DNA of 43,557 bases from Ignavibacteriales bacterium (GCA_016929735.1 JAFGID010000185.1:1-43557); one strand, 5' to 3'. Shown: positions 17,143-26,077, numbered from the stretch's first letter. Notes: generated from the sequence alone by a model not told the origin. Numbers and translations are program-made.

Positions 17143-18924
17143 TTATAATATCACAATTAAAACGATTTTCTCATCATTTCGTATAACTTCAACTATTATT
17201 TGCTGTCCAACTTCAAAATCAGAAAGACGATTCATATATTCGTAAATATCATTCACAGGTTTACCATTCATTGCAACAATAATATCACCCTTCTGTATTC
17301 CAGCTACGTCTGCTGGTTTTCCTTTTTTGACACCATCTACTTTTAATCCTTTAATATTGGCTCCCGCGATGTCGGGCATAATTCCTAATGTTACCTTGTA
17401 ACTTTTTTGGCTATCCTCGGCTTTTTCCTTCCCAGATTCTGTAAATAAGATTTCACTGTCTATATTACAAAATTTTTCTAAAAGATTGTAAACAAAATCA
17501 CTTACCTCTTTATGTCCAAGTTGATTTATTTTATTAGGGGTATCTTCCGGGGTATGATAGTCGAGTGTAATCCCAGTAAAGAAAAATAAAACGGGTATAT
17601 TATTAGTATAAAAAGAAGCGTGGTCGGACGGCCCAAAACCTTCGGGTGAAAATTTCAAATTTAAATCAGTTCCAGCCGCGACTTCTTTTATCATTCCCTC
17701 TAATCCTATTGCTGTACCTGTTCCGCCAATAGTCAAACCCTTTGTTTCAGGATCAAGACATCCAACCATATCCAGGTTGAACATAAATTTAATTTTATCT
17801 AAATCAAACAATGGATTGTTGACAAAATATTTCGAACCTAGAAGTCCCATCTCTTCGCCGTCAAAAGATATAAAAATAATGCTTCTTTTATTTTGTCTTG
17901 TGTTGGCAAACTTTTCAATTATCTCGATTATTGATGAAACACCACTTGCATTATCATCTGCACCAAAATGAATCGCATTTGTATCTGGTCTTCTTGAACC
18001 AGAACCTTCACCTCCCCAACCGAGATGGTCGTAATGAGCACCTATAACTATGTATTCATTTTTTAAAACAGGGTCATTCCCTTCTAGTAAAGCGACGATA
18101 TTTTTCGCCTGCGCTTCTACTCGAATTAAGTCTATCTCCGCTTTAACTTTTTGTTCATATATAAAGCTGCTTGGTGTCATTGTTCTGTTTATTTCATCTT
18201 CCAAAATAGATATGTTAGTTCGTATATCTGTAAAAATATAATCTGCTACTTCTCGTTTAATATGAATGACAGGCAGTCCTGTTGAACTTTCTCTTTTACC
18301 GAAAGACAAACTTGTTAATTCATCATTTGGATTGTAATTTTTACCTGACACAAAGAGCACCCCTGCAGCACCATGGTCCTTTGCTACCATGATTTTTTTC
18401 CTGATTGATGTATAATTTTTGAATGGATCATTTCTCTGATTTGCTGGTGATCCGAGAAAAATCATTGCCCAATGACCTGATATATCTATATCACTATAAT
18501 CATTCCAAAACATTGTATCGTTCTGAAAGTCAAAACCATAGCCAAGAAACGCAACCGGATAATCATAAAAGCCAGATTCAGATATTGATAGCGGATTATA
18601 ATCTAAGCCAATAGAAAAACTTTTATTGTTTATTGATAATAAATTCTGTTCACTTGCTTCAACTGATGTAAATATCTCAAAATTCTGAAATCCGTTATCG
18701 TACGGAAAAATCAAGTTGCTGATTTCAAGTTGAGATTTGATATAATCACTTGCAAGCTTTCCTCCTTCTGTTCCAGGTTTTCGTCCTTCGCATTCTTCGG
18801 ATGCAAGATATTTAATATGAGCATACAGTTCTTCAACAGTTATTTCAGGATTAGTCTGATCTTGTGCAATGATTGAGTAAAACGTAACAAACAAAAGAAT
18901 AATAAAAAATTTAATTATTTTCAT
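17143..18924 (-). CDS. M28-family aminopeptidase with PA domain and C-terminal PDZ domain
   Basis: Signal peptide, then M28 metal-binding motifs GAHYDHLG, GADDNASGVSSIIE and FDGEEMGLLGS. The C-terminal segment GIQKGDIIVAMNGKPVNDIYEY is PDZ-like. Confidence 0.85.
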   Translation of the reverse strand: MKIIKFFIILLFVTFYSIIAQDQTNPEITVEELYAHIKYLASEECEGRKPGTEGGKLASDYIKSQLEISNLIFPYDNGFQNFEIFTSVEASEQNLLSINNKSFSIGLDYNPLSISESGFYDYPVAFLGYGFDFQNDTMFWNDYSDIDISGHWAMIFLGSPANQRNDPFKNYTSIRKKIMVAKDHGAAGVLFVSGKNYNPNDELTSLSFGKRESSTGLPVIHIKREVADYIFTDIRTNISILEDEINRTMTPSSFIYEQKVKAEIDLIRVEAQAKNIVALLEGNDPVLKNEYIVIGAHYDHLGWGGEGSGSRRPDTNAIHFGADDNASGVSSIIEIIEKFANTRQNKRSIIFISFDGEEMGLLGSKYFVNNPLFDLDKIKFMFNLDMVGCLDPETKGLTIGGTGTAIGLEGMIKEVAAGTDLNLKFSPEGFGPSDHASFYTNNIPVLFFFTGITLDYHTPEDTPNKINQLGHKEVSDFVYNLLEKFCNIDSEILFTESGKEKAEDSQKSYKVTLGIMPDIAGANIKGLKVDGVKKGKPADVAGIQKGDIIVAMNGKPVNDIYEYMNRLSDFEVGQQIIVEVIRNDEKIVLIVIL

Positions 18925-18966
18925 ATTACCATACTTTTTAGTTTTTACTTTTCAAAGATATGAAAT

Positions 18967-19848
18967 TTACAAATTTTGACTAATCAAAAAAACTCCGATG
19001 AGCATAATTGCAGTTGCAATTGCTTTTCGAATAAGATTTAATTCCTTGAAGATTTTTCCTCCTACGATTGATGCAAAAAAAACTGATATTCGTTTTATTG
19101 ATAGGACAAGTGCAATCGGGGCTAATTTAAATGCTTCAATTTGTGTCCATCGGTATCCAATCGTAATAACGGCAATAACAATAATCCAAAAATAAATATC
19201 TTTATTAGTTTCTTTTAGAAGTTTAATAGGTTTTCCTTTTGCAAGTATATATATCAATATGAAGTTAAAAAGAAAAAATATCTGCTGAAAACCGAGCATA
19301 GTAAAGGGGGGGAGTTGATATGTTGATAAAAGAAGTTTATCTATAATTGATGTCGTTGTAAAAAACAATAATGCAAAAATTATGTAATGATATTTTTTAG
19401 AACGAACAAAAACTAAAAACGGCTCTAATAATTCTTTGTTATTTCTTGTTTCGAGAATGTATGTTCCGACTAGAATTAATCCTATGCCTCCTATTTGATA
19501 AGCATTTAATGATTCTGATAAAAACACAAAAGCAAAAATTGCAACAAATGCCGGAGTTATTACCAGCAAAGGCAAGGCACGACTTATCTCAAGATTTTTT
19601 AATGAAAGCATAACACACCAAAACGCTAACGCCCCTAGAATTGTTTTACCGTATAGTATAAATAAACTCGGTAGAGTTATAGTTGAATAATCTGCAAGGA
19701 ACAAAAAGGGGAGTGCGAAGATTAAATTGAAAATTGAAAGCAGGAAAGAAAATTCAAGAGCACTTTCTTTGAATAAGACTTTCTTTTGAAATATCGCAGC
19801 AAGTGCAGATAAGAAAGCAGATATAAAAGCGATTAAAAACCAAGTCAT
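18967..19848 (-). CDS. EamA/DMT-family transporter
   Basis: A 293-aa protein of about ten TM helices, organised as two EamA-like repeats. Confidence 0.7.
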   Translation of the reverse strand: MTWFLIAFISAFLSALAAIFQKKVLFKESALEFSFLLSIFNLIFALPFLFLADYSTITLPSLFILYGKTILGALAFWCVMLSLKNLEISRALPLLVITPAFVAIFAFVFLSESLNAYQIGGIGLILVGTYILETRNNKELLEPFLVFVRSKKYHYIIFALLFFTTTSIIDKLLLSTYQLPPFTMLGFQQIFFLFNFILIYILAKGKPIKLLKETNKDIYFWIIVIAVITIGYRWTQIEAFKLAPIALVLSIKRISVFFASIVGGKIFKELNLIRKAIATAIMLIGVFLISQNL

Positions 19849-19860
19849 AAATAATCTAAT

Positions 19861-19930
19861 GCAAGACGTTAGACGAAAGACACGAGACGGAAAAAGTCAA
19901 AAGTCAAACGTCAAAGGTTAAACGAAATAA
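19861..19930. repeat. Array of about ten degenerate heptamers (GCAAGAC GTTAGAC GAAAGAC ACGAGAC GGAAAAA GTCAAAA GTCAAAC GTCAAAG GTTAAAC GAAATAA)
   Basis: Read directly from the sequence. It belongs to the same word family as 17087-17121 and fills the spacer between the TonB-receptor stop (19942) and the EamA start (19848). Confidence 0.7.
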
Positions 19931-19941
19931 CAATTTAACAA

Positions 19942-22233
19942 TTAAAACCCTATTTTCATTTTTACAAAAACATTTCTACCAGGTTCGGATTTGATTATTC
20001 CTCTGAATGTTGATAGATGATTTCTGTATGATCTATCAAAAATGTTTTCCACTCCCGCAAAGAGCTGTAAGTCTGCGAAATTAAAATCAAAAACCTTCGA
20101 ACTCAGATAGAAATTTAAGACTGCATAGCCGGGGGTAGTCAATTCTCCATCAGATACTTTATTTTGTGCTGCAAATATAGTTGATGATATATCAAAATTG
20201 ACATATTCAAGAGAATTTATTTTCACCCCAAGACGAGTATTGAACGGAGCAATCTCTGGTAGATATTTATTGTTGTAAGTATCCTCGCCAATTACTAAAG
20301 CGGCATTGCTATATAAAACTAATTTCCTGACAGGTGAATATTCAAGAGATAAATCGAAACCATATAATCTTGCCTTGCCGATGTTTGTTTTGTAGTAATT
20401 GTTTTCAACTGCATTGAATTGGTCCACAACTAAATTTGTAAAATAATTTGTGAAAACATTTCCTGCGAAATAAAAATCATCAGCATTAAATTTCAATCCA
20501 AAATCGAATGAGTTGCCGATTTCCGGTTCAAGATTTGGATTGCCCCAATATGTATATCCGCCAAGTTGAATGTATTGAAATCTTTCTTCCAAACCGGGTG
20601 AGCGGAAGGAATGTGAAGCATTAAAAGATGCACTTAAATTTTTTGTGATTGAATAAATCAATCCGATGTTACCGCTAAACGAATGGTCGCTAACATTGTT
20701 TGCTTCGTATAAAACTGCTTGTCCCGGAGGGTTATCATTTTTTACACCACCGGTAATTGTGTAAAGTGGATTAAGTGCTTCCTCATTTTTTACATTGATT
20801 AAATCAAATCTGCCACCGACGAGAAAACGCAATCCGGCATCTTCAAATGTCAATTCATCCTGTGCATATAAACCTATGCTTCTGAAAGTTGCATTTGGAA
20901 TAGGAAGTTCTGCTGTTACATTTCCGTTTGCTTTGATTGTTCTTAAGCGAATTCCGTCATACTCCCTCTGCCAGGCATCCAATCCAAAAATCAGGAAATT
21001 GTTTTTACTTAAAATCCAGTTTGATTGTATTTGAGAACCGTAAATGTAATGGTCCGCCTTCGGATTCATTATCACATTTGCATTTGGTAAAATCTCAACA
21101 TTCCTTCCAATATATTGGTGGAATAATTTTACCGATATATTTGATAACAGATTTGACAAGTTACCAATTTTATATTCAAAACTGTAAAGTTGTCTATCCT
21201 CAGTTGGATATCTTGCAGAAGCTGACGGAGCAAAAACCGATGCACCAGGTATTCCCACATCGTTTGCATGAAAATTTTGATAACTTAAAATTACTTCGTG
21301 ATTATCGAATGGTTTATAACCAAACTTTCCCGAAATATTATTATCGCTGAATTGGCTGTTTTCCAAAATTCCATCAGGTGTTCGTGTGTTTTTTGCCTCA
21401 CGCATTGAGCCACTTAGCCCAAAATACCATTTGCTTGAACTTGCATTTAAGGATATGTTTCCTGATTTCAAATCATTCACGGAACTATAACCGCTTGTCA
21501 GCGAGCCATTAAACTTAAAAGAATCTTGATAATTATATGAACTTGTAAAAATAATAACTACACCACCTGTAGCACCTGTTCCGTATAATGATGAGTTACC
21601 TCCCTTGACAATTTCAATTCTCTTTATATCATTTAAATCAACCAATGAAAGACCAGCCGCGATGTTTGTTGCTGTTTCAACTCGGTTTCCGTCAACTAAA
21701 ATTACAATGTTATCTCTTTTCATTCCACGGATATTTACGTGTGAACCCCATGTACCATCCTTTGCAACGCTTACACCTGCCTCATCTGTTAGTATATCAC
21801 TTGTTGAAATTGCAAATTTTTGTAAAATTTTGTCTTGACTTACAACTTCAATAGGAATTGGAACATCCTTAATCAGTTTTTCTGTTTTGGAACTGCTGAC
21901 AGTAACTTCACCTAACGAAATTGATGTGGGGGACATTTCGATAATTATTTCCTGTTTGGAATTCTCATTAAAATTTACTTTTATTTTTTCCGTATGATAA
22001 CCAACGTAACTGATAATGAGAGTAAAATTTCCATCGGTTAAATTCTTAAATTCAAATTTTCCTTTTTTATCTGAGGTTGTGAACAATTGCGGCTCAGATA
22101 ATGTAACATTAGCTGAAAATAGTGGCTGTTGGGTTTCCTTATCAATAATAACTCCTTTTAATTCATTCGATTGCGAAAAGGAATTAACGCCACTGAGAAA
22201 GACAACAAGTAAGACAAAAAGCAATTTTTTCAT
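19942..22233 (-). CDS. TonB-dependent receptor with an N-terminal carboxypeptidase-regulatory-like domain
   Basis: Signal peptide, a CarbopepD_reg-like segment (GVIIDKETQQPLFSANV...), a plug domain (VVSQDKI...DGNRV) and a 22-strand-type barrel ending in a terminal F. Confidence 0.88.
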   Translation of the reverse strand: MKKLLFVLLVVFLSGVNSFSQSNELKGVIIDKETQQPLFSANVTLSEPQLFTTSDKKGKFEFKNLTDGNFTLIISYVGYHTEKIKVNFNENSKQEIIIEMSPTSISLGEVTVSSSKTEKLIKDVPIPIEVVSQDKILQKFAISTSDILTDEAGVSVAKDGTWGSHVNIRGMKRDNIVILVDGNRVETATNIAAGLSLVDLNDIKRIEIVKGGNSSLYGTGATGGVVIIFTSSYNYQDSFKFNGSLTSGYSSVNDLKSGNISLNASSSKWYFGLSGSMREAKNTRTPDGILENSQFSDNNISGKFGYKPFDNHEVILSYQNFHANDVGIPGASVFAPSASARYPTEDRQLYSFEYKIGNLSNLLSNISVKLFHQYIGRNVEILPNANVIMNPKADHYIYGSQIQSNWILSKNNFLIFGLDAWQREYDGIRLRTIKANGNVTAELPIPNATFRSIGLYAQDELTFEDAGLRFLVGGRFDLINVKNEEALNPLYTITGGVKNDNPPGQAVLYEANNVSDHSFSGNIGLIYSITKNLSASFNASHSFRSPGLEERFQYIQLGGYTYWGNPNLEPEIGNSFDFGLKFNADDFYFAGNVFTNYFTNLVVDQFNAVENNYYKTNIGKARLYGFDLSLEYSPVRKLVLYSNAALVIGEDTYNNKYLPEIAPFNTRLGVKINSLEYVNFDISSTIFAAQNKVSDGELTTPGYAVLNFYLSSKVFDFNFADLQLFAGVENIFDRSYRNHLSTFRGIIKSEPGRNVFVKMKIGF

Positions 22234-22257
22234 TTAATTCACCTAAATTTTTAATTT

Positions 22258-22286
22258 TTCTTATTTAAATTTAGTCTAAATAAGAA
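22258..22286. promoter_or_regulatory. Perfect 10-bp inverted repeat ttcttattta-N9-taaataagaa upstream of the TonB-dependent receptor
   Basis: Seen directly, 25-53 nt upstream of the receptor start codon. It is AT-only, so a chance occurrence cannot be excluded. Confidence 0.3.
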
Positions 22287-22302
22287 TAAAAAGCAAGGGG
22301 GT

Positions 22303-22328
22303 TAATGGTTAATTTTTTAATGGTGAAT
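22303..22328 (+). promoter_or_regulatory. Composite motif TAATGGTTAAT-tttt-TAATGGTGAAT
   Basis: Two 11-nt copies with a 15-nt register. The same composite recurs in inverted orientation at 24878-24903. Confidence 0.6.
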
Positions 22329-22400
22329 GGAAAATTATTAGAATTAGAATAAAATACTTTTATTACTAAAAAATGTTTTATAAAAAAGCTAAAGATGACT

Positions 22401-23123
22401 TTAAAATTGGAGAAAATCATCATTTAAATTATTAAAAGGATTTTTATAAATATTTAGTATGTAATCATAATCTCTAACAATAAATCTATCCTTAATCCTT
22501 TTATATGGTTCAGCATTTAATTCTTTATCAACTTTTTTCATATGCTCATTATTACATAATATATAAAAAGACAAATTAAATTCTACTAATTGAAAAATTC
22601 TCTTTAAAGATGGTTCTAACGTTGAAATACTATCAACAACTTCAATGGCTTTTTTAGGAAACCTATATCCTTTATCATTAAACCACAAAACATCAATTCT
22701 TTTAGCTTTATCAACAATCTCTTTATAAGTAAAATCGGGTATACTAGATAATGTTGATATCTCTGAAAGAGCAATATTATTATATCTAGCTGTTGGATCT
22801 GAAGTATATGTCTTTAATTTTAAAAAATTACCAATTTCAATACATACACCTTCAATATGTGAATGCATACGGATTTTGTCTTGTTTTAAATCTTCAATTT
22901 TTTCTTCTTTATAATCTAAAAGAGCATATAATGAAAGCCCAACTTTTTTAAAAATTTTATTTCTCTTTATTTCCCTGTATAAAACACCCCTAATTCCCAC
23001 CTCCCATTCATTTGAGGATTTTATACCGGGGTAATATTTTTCAATTTGGTTATAAATAATATTCCAAGTTGCGATACCGCCGTTATCCTCTAAAACTTTT
23101 TTTATTGCCTCTACTTTTGTCAT
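22401..23123 (-). CDS. Hypothetical protein with an N-terminal winged-helix (Mrr_N/HARE-HTH-like) domain and a possible PD-(D/E)xK-like nuclease core
   Basis: The N-terminus AIKKVLEDNGGIATWNIIYNQIEKYYP resembles the wHTH of restriction-associated proteins. Further on, HIEGVCIEIGNFL, RIDVLWF and AIEVVDS are spaced like nuclease-core strands. The gene lies in a markedly AT-rich islet and has no SD before its ATG. Confidence 0.45.
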   Translation of the reverse strand: MTKVEAIKKVLEDNGGIATWNIIYNQIEKYYPGIKSSNEWEVGIRGVLYREIKRNKIFKKVGLSLYALLDYKEEKIEDLKQDKIRMHSHIEGVCIEIGNFLKLKTYTSDPTARYNNIALSEISTLSSIPDFTYKEIVDKAKRIDVLWFNDKGYRFPKKAIEVVDSISTLEPSLKRIFQLVEFNLSFYILCNNEHMKKVDKELNAEPYKRIKDRFIVRDYDYILNIYKNPFNNLNDDFLQF

Positions 23124-23304
23124 TATATTTTTTTTTAATTAAGTTAATTGAAGTTTTATAATTAGTTTCATCTATTTCTTCTATTGAATTTCTTTCAAGA
23201 TTTAATACATCAGCAATATTAGTAAACAGCAATCCTCTGTTTCGGAGTTGCTCTGTTTCAATATCTGTCTTTTTTATGTTTATTTTGAGAAATATTGTAT
23301 CCAT
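23083..23304 (-). CDS. Small upstream ORF (73 aa), possibly the displaced 5' part of the 22401-23123 gene
   Basis: A GGAG lies 8 nt upstream of its ATG. It overlaps the downstream ORF by 41 nt and contains an A9 tract. Removing one A fuses the two ORFs in frame. Confidence 0.4.
   Translation of the reverse strand: MDTIFLKINIKKTDIETEQLRNRGLLFTNIADVLNLERNSIEEIDETNYKTSINLIKKKYNDKSRGNKKSFRG
23128..23136 (-). repeat. A9 homopolymer (T9 on + strand) at the junction of the two islet ORFs
   Basis: Counted directly. The tract encodes KKK in the upstream ORF and ends 4 nt before the ATG of the downstream ORF. Confidence 0.9.
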
Positions 23305-23446
23305 GATTCATACTCCAAATAAGATGTTTATTCAACATCAATAGAATTTATTTACCTACTACAAATTTACAAAAATATTTTAATTCCTGCCCTCACTTAT
23401 TAAGGGAAATTTTATTAATGGAACAAGTAAGCGTTATATATTCGAT

Positions 23447-24460
23447 TTAAAATTGTACTTGTATAAGAAGTGATAATCCATAGTGTTTATCGCCATATTC
23501 GGGCAGAAAAGTATCAAAGTTAAACTGAAAACTCGTTATATTTGAAAATTCATGATTAACACCAAATGTAAACTGATTATCACGAAAATCAAACTGCTTA
23601 AAACTCCATGACTGCCATCTGGCAAGAAACATAGTGTTTTCAAAAAACTTGTAGCCAGCTGTAAAATAATATCCATTGATTTTTTCTTTTCTGTCACTAA
23701 AATCTTCTGTTTCGAGAGTCCCTTCAAGGTATTCGGCGGCTAGTAAAAACTTGTTTGTTTCCATTTTAATGTCACCGCCATAAATCGTGCGTTCGCCTCT
23801 AAGCGTCGGGCCAGAACTACCACTGCGGACGCCATCTGAACGACCATGCGAACCTTGTACTGCGACCTGAAGTTGACCAGCCATAATGTCTGCGAATGTA
23901 TACTGCAATCTTCCAATGCCATAAAATTTGTTATTATTATTTAATGAAAGTTTGTTGCCATTAAAAATTCCAGTGAAATAATAAAGTCCGCCAATATTTC
24001 CTTCTGCAGATAATCCGATCTCGCGTGACTGTACAAGTAGTCCAGTAATTTTTGTTCTGTCAATAAAATCTGTTGAACCCGGGTCGGGAATATAATCAAG
24101 TGTCTGTTTCGGCTTCATTGCTCCAGCAGTAATAAGCAAGCAATCACCGAAACGGTAACCAACAAATGCATCTAACAAATTAGGTTCACGGGCTAAGTTA
24201 AAAAAAACACGATAATAAAATTTATCTTCAATAATACCTTTAAAACTAAGTCGGGCATTAGCAACCTCAAATGTGCGTCCATTTTGAAAATCATTGTTTT
24301 CAAAAGAATACCTGAACCCTGTCTGTACCAAAACATTTACAGTAAAAAACTCATGCTGGATTATTGATTTGATTTTTTCTTCAAAAGTTTCATCCTGTGC
24401 CAGCAATTCTGTCGCTAAAATAATACCGAATAGCAAAAACATTTTTATAAAATACTTCAT
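23447..24460 (-). CDS. Outer-membrane porin (porin O/P-like beta-barrel)
   Basis: Signal peptide, alternating amphipathic beta-strand pattern with many G/Y/F residues, and a C-terminal ...IQVQF. Confidence 0.55.
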   Translation of the reverse strand: MKYFIKMFLLFGIILATELLAQDETFEEKIKSIIQHEFFTVNVLVQTGFRYSFENNDFQNGRTFEVANARLSFKGIIEDKFYYRVFFNLAREPNLLDAFVGYRFGDCLLITAGAMKPKQTLDYIPDPGSTDFIDRTKITGLLVQSREIGLSAEGNIGGLYYFTGIFNGNKLSLNNNNKFYGIGRLQYTFADIMAGQLQVAVQGSHGRSDGVRSGSSGPTLRGERTIYGGDIKMETNKFLLAAEYLEGTLETEDFSDRKEKINGYYFTAGYKFFENTMFLARWQSWSFKQFDFRDNQFTFGVNHEFSNITSFQFNFDTFLPEYGDKHYGLSLLIQVQF

Positions 24461-24816
24461 AATTTCTCCTTTGTATGTGTTTCTTTGTTAGATATTTGTT
24501 CCCCCATGTCTAATGGCTTATACATTCTTTTAAGGTGTTTTTTTAATTGATTAAATCTTATAATTCCGATAAACAAAATTATAACACTTAACCCAATCGA
24601 AACATAACCGAGATTCCTAATTTCTGTTAGTTCCGTCATGCCCAAGAATGCAATGCCACCTAAAACGAGGTATAGAGATGTCCTTATATAAGAGAGCAGC
24701 GTTCTTTCATTTGCTAATTTAGTCCTTTCCATTGATAGATGATCTCTTAGGATGATCTCTTCTTTTTTTTCATAATCATCCGTAAATTTGAGTAAATGTT
24801 TAAATTTCTTTCTCAT
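24457..24816 (-). CDS. DUF202 (YidH-like) inner-membrane protein
   Basis: LSMERTKLANERTLLSYIRTSL motif followed by TM helices. A 4-nt overlap joins it to the porin gene downstream. Confidence 0.75.
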   Translation of the reverse strand: MRKKFKHLLKFTDDYEKKEEIILRDHLSMERTKLANERTLLSYIRTSLYLVLGGIAFLGMTELTEIRNLGYVSIGLSVIILFIGIIRFNQLKKHLKRMYKPLDMGEQISNKETHTKEKL

Positions 24817-24877
24817 AATGAAATACTAATTTTTTATACACAAATATTAATTAATTTTGTCACACTTAATTAAAAAT

Positions 24878-24903
24878 ATTAACCATTACCACATTAACCA
24901 TTA
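24878..24903 (-). promoter_or_regulatory. Composite motif TAATGGTTAAT-gtgg-TAATGGTTAAT (read on - strand)
   Basis: The + strand reads attaaccatta-ccac-attaaccatta. It has the same 11+4+11 architecture as 22303-22328, lies 62-87 nt upstream of the DUF202 start, and overlaps the stop codon of the S58 peptidase gene. Confidence 0.6.
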
Positions 24904-26031
24904 TTTAATTCTATTATATTTTCTCATTATTTCCATCACCTCATCAATAGGCAAAGCTTTGACTTCGCGGTTATTTATTCCCGTCATCGTTTCGGCTGCG
25001 AACAGGGAATTTATAATTGCTTCTTCTGTTGATTCTATAGTTGCAAGGAAAAGTGGTGTCATATCATCGTTTCGTAAAACTTCAGATTTGTAAAATGGCG
25101 ATTCGTCAGAGTGAGGAATAAAATTATCTTTTGCAACTGATATTGCTATTATATAATCACCGCTTCCATTCGACGCCATACCTCCAGTTTTTGCTAATCC
25201 GAGGAATGCACGCTTTGCCAATCTTTCCAAATTTCTCGGGCATAGAGGAGCATCGGTAATTACAACAATCATACACGAACCATCACTATCAGTTAATATA
25301 TCGTCTTTGTAAGGATACTTATTTAATTCTTTTGCTATTGGAACGCCGTTAATTTCAAGCACACCACCGAAATTGGTTTGCACCAGAACACCAACTGTAT
25401 AACCACCCAAAGATGGTGGTAACACTCGCGATGATGTTCCAATACCCCCTTTATATCCGAAACAAATTGTTCCTGTGCCAGCGCCAACATTTCCTTCTTC
25501 AACAATTCCGTCTTTTGCATTTTTAATTGCTTTTAAAACATCTTCTTCGGTAATATGTCTTCCTTGAATATCATTCAGCCCACCATCGTTTGTCTCGCCA
25601 ACAACGGGATTAACAGAACGCACATTTTTATTTTCAGGAAAACTTAAAGTCCAACTAATCAAGGCATCCGATGCAGTGGGAACGCTTAATGTATTCGTCA
25701 AAATTATCGGTGTTTCAATATTTCCTAATTCTTTAACTTGCGTGTATCCTGCTAATTTACCAAAACCATTTCCGACATAAATTGCAGCCGGTACTTTTAG
25801 CTGGAATATATTTCCCGAATACGGTAATATTGCTGTCACGCCTGTCCGTATGCTATCTCCGATTGTTAAAGTTGTATGCCCGACTTTTACTCCTTCAACA
25901 TCAGTTATTGCATTATTTTCACCAGTTTTGAATATTCCTATTTCAATTCCATAATCGCGTGGTCTTTTAGTTTGTGCCAACATATTAATTCCTATTAATA
26001 AAATTGTTACGGTTATAATCCTTCCTTTCAT
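24901..26031 (-). CDS. P1/S58-family peptidase (DmpA/BapA-like aminopeptidase)
   Basis: Signal peptide, GVKVGHTT, and the self-processing-type segment GYKGGIGTSSRV. Length and layout match DmpA-type Ntn hydrolases. Confidence 0.8.
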   Translation of the reverse strand: MKGRIITVTILLIGINMLAQTKRPRDYGIEIGIFKTGENNAITDVEGVKVGHTTLTIGDSIRTGVTAILPYSGNIFQLKVPAAIYVGNGFGKLAGYTQVKELGNIETPIILTNTLSVPTASDALISWTLSFPENKNVRSVNPVVGETNDGGLNDIQGRHITEEDVLKAIKNAKDGIVEEGNVGAGTGTICFGYKGGIGTSSRVLPPSLGGYTVGVLVQTNFGGVLEINGVPIAKELNKYPYKDDILTDSDGSCMIVVITDAPLCPRNLERLAKRAFLGLAKTGGMASNGSGDYIIAISVAKDNFIPHSDESPFYKSEVLRNDDMTPLFLATIESTEEAIINSLFAAETMTGINNREVKALPIDEVMEIMRKYNRIK

Positions 26032-26077
26032 TTCTTTGCCTACTTATGATAAATAAATTATTCTAAACTACTTTTTG

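Noticed and set aside
20795-22237. Several 69-137-aa + strand ORFs inside the TonB-dependent receptor gene
   Set aside because: All are antisense to a strongly supported 763-aa receptor gene. None has a start context or a motif.
22234-22400. Possible riboswitch (cobalamin/TPP type) in the leader of the TonB-dependent receptor
   Set aside because: I could not find conserved riboswitch core sequences or GC-rich helices on the minus strand. The region is almost pure AT apart from the reported motifs.
24857-25093. 78-aa + strand ORF spanning the intergenic motif and the 3' end of the S58 peptidase gene
   Set aside because: Its INHY repeats are simply the translation of the attaaccatta motif copies. 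The rest is antisense to a supported gene.
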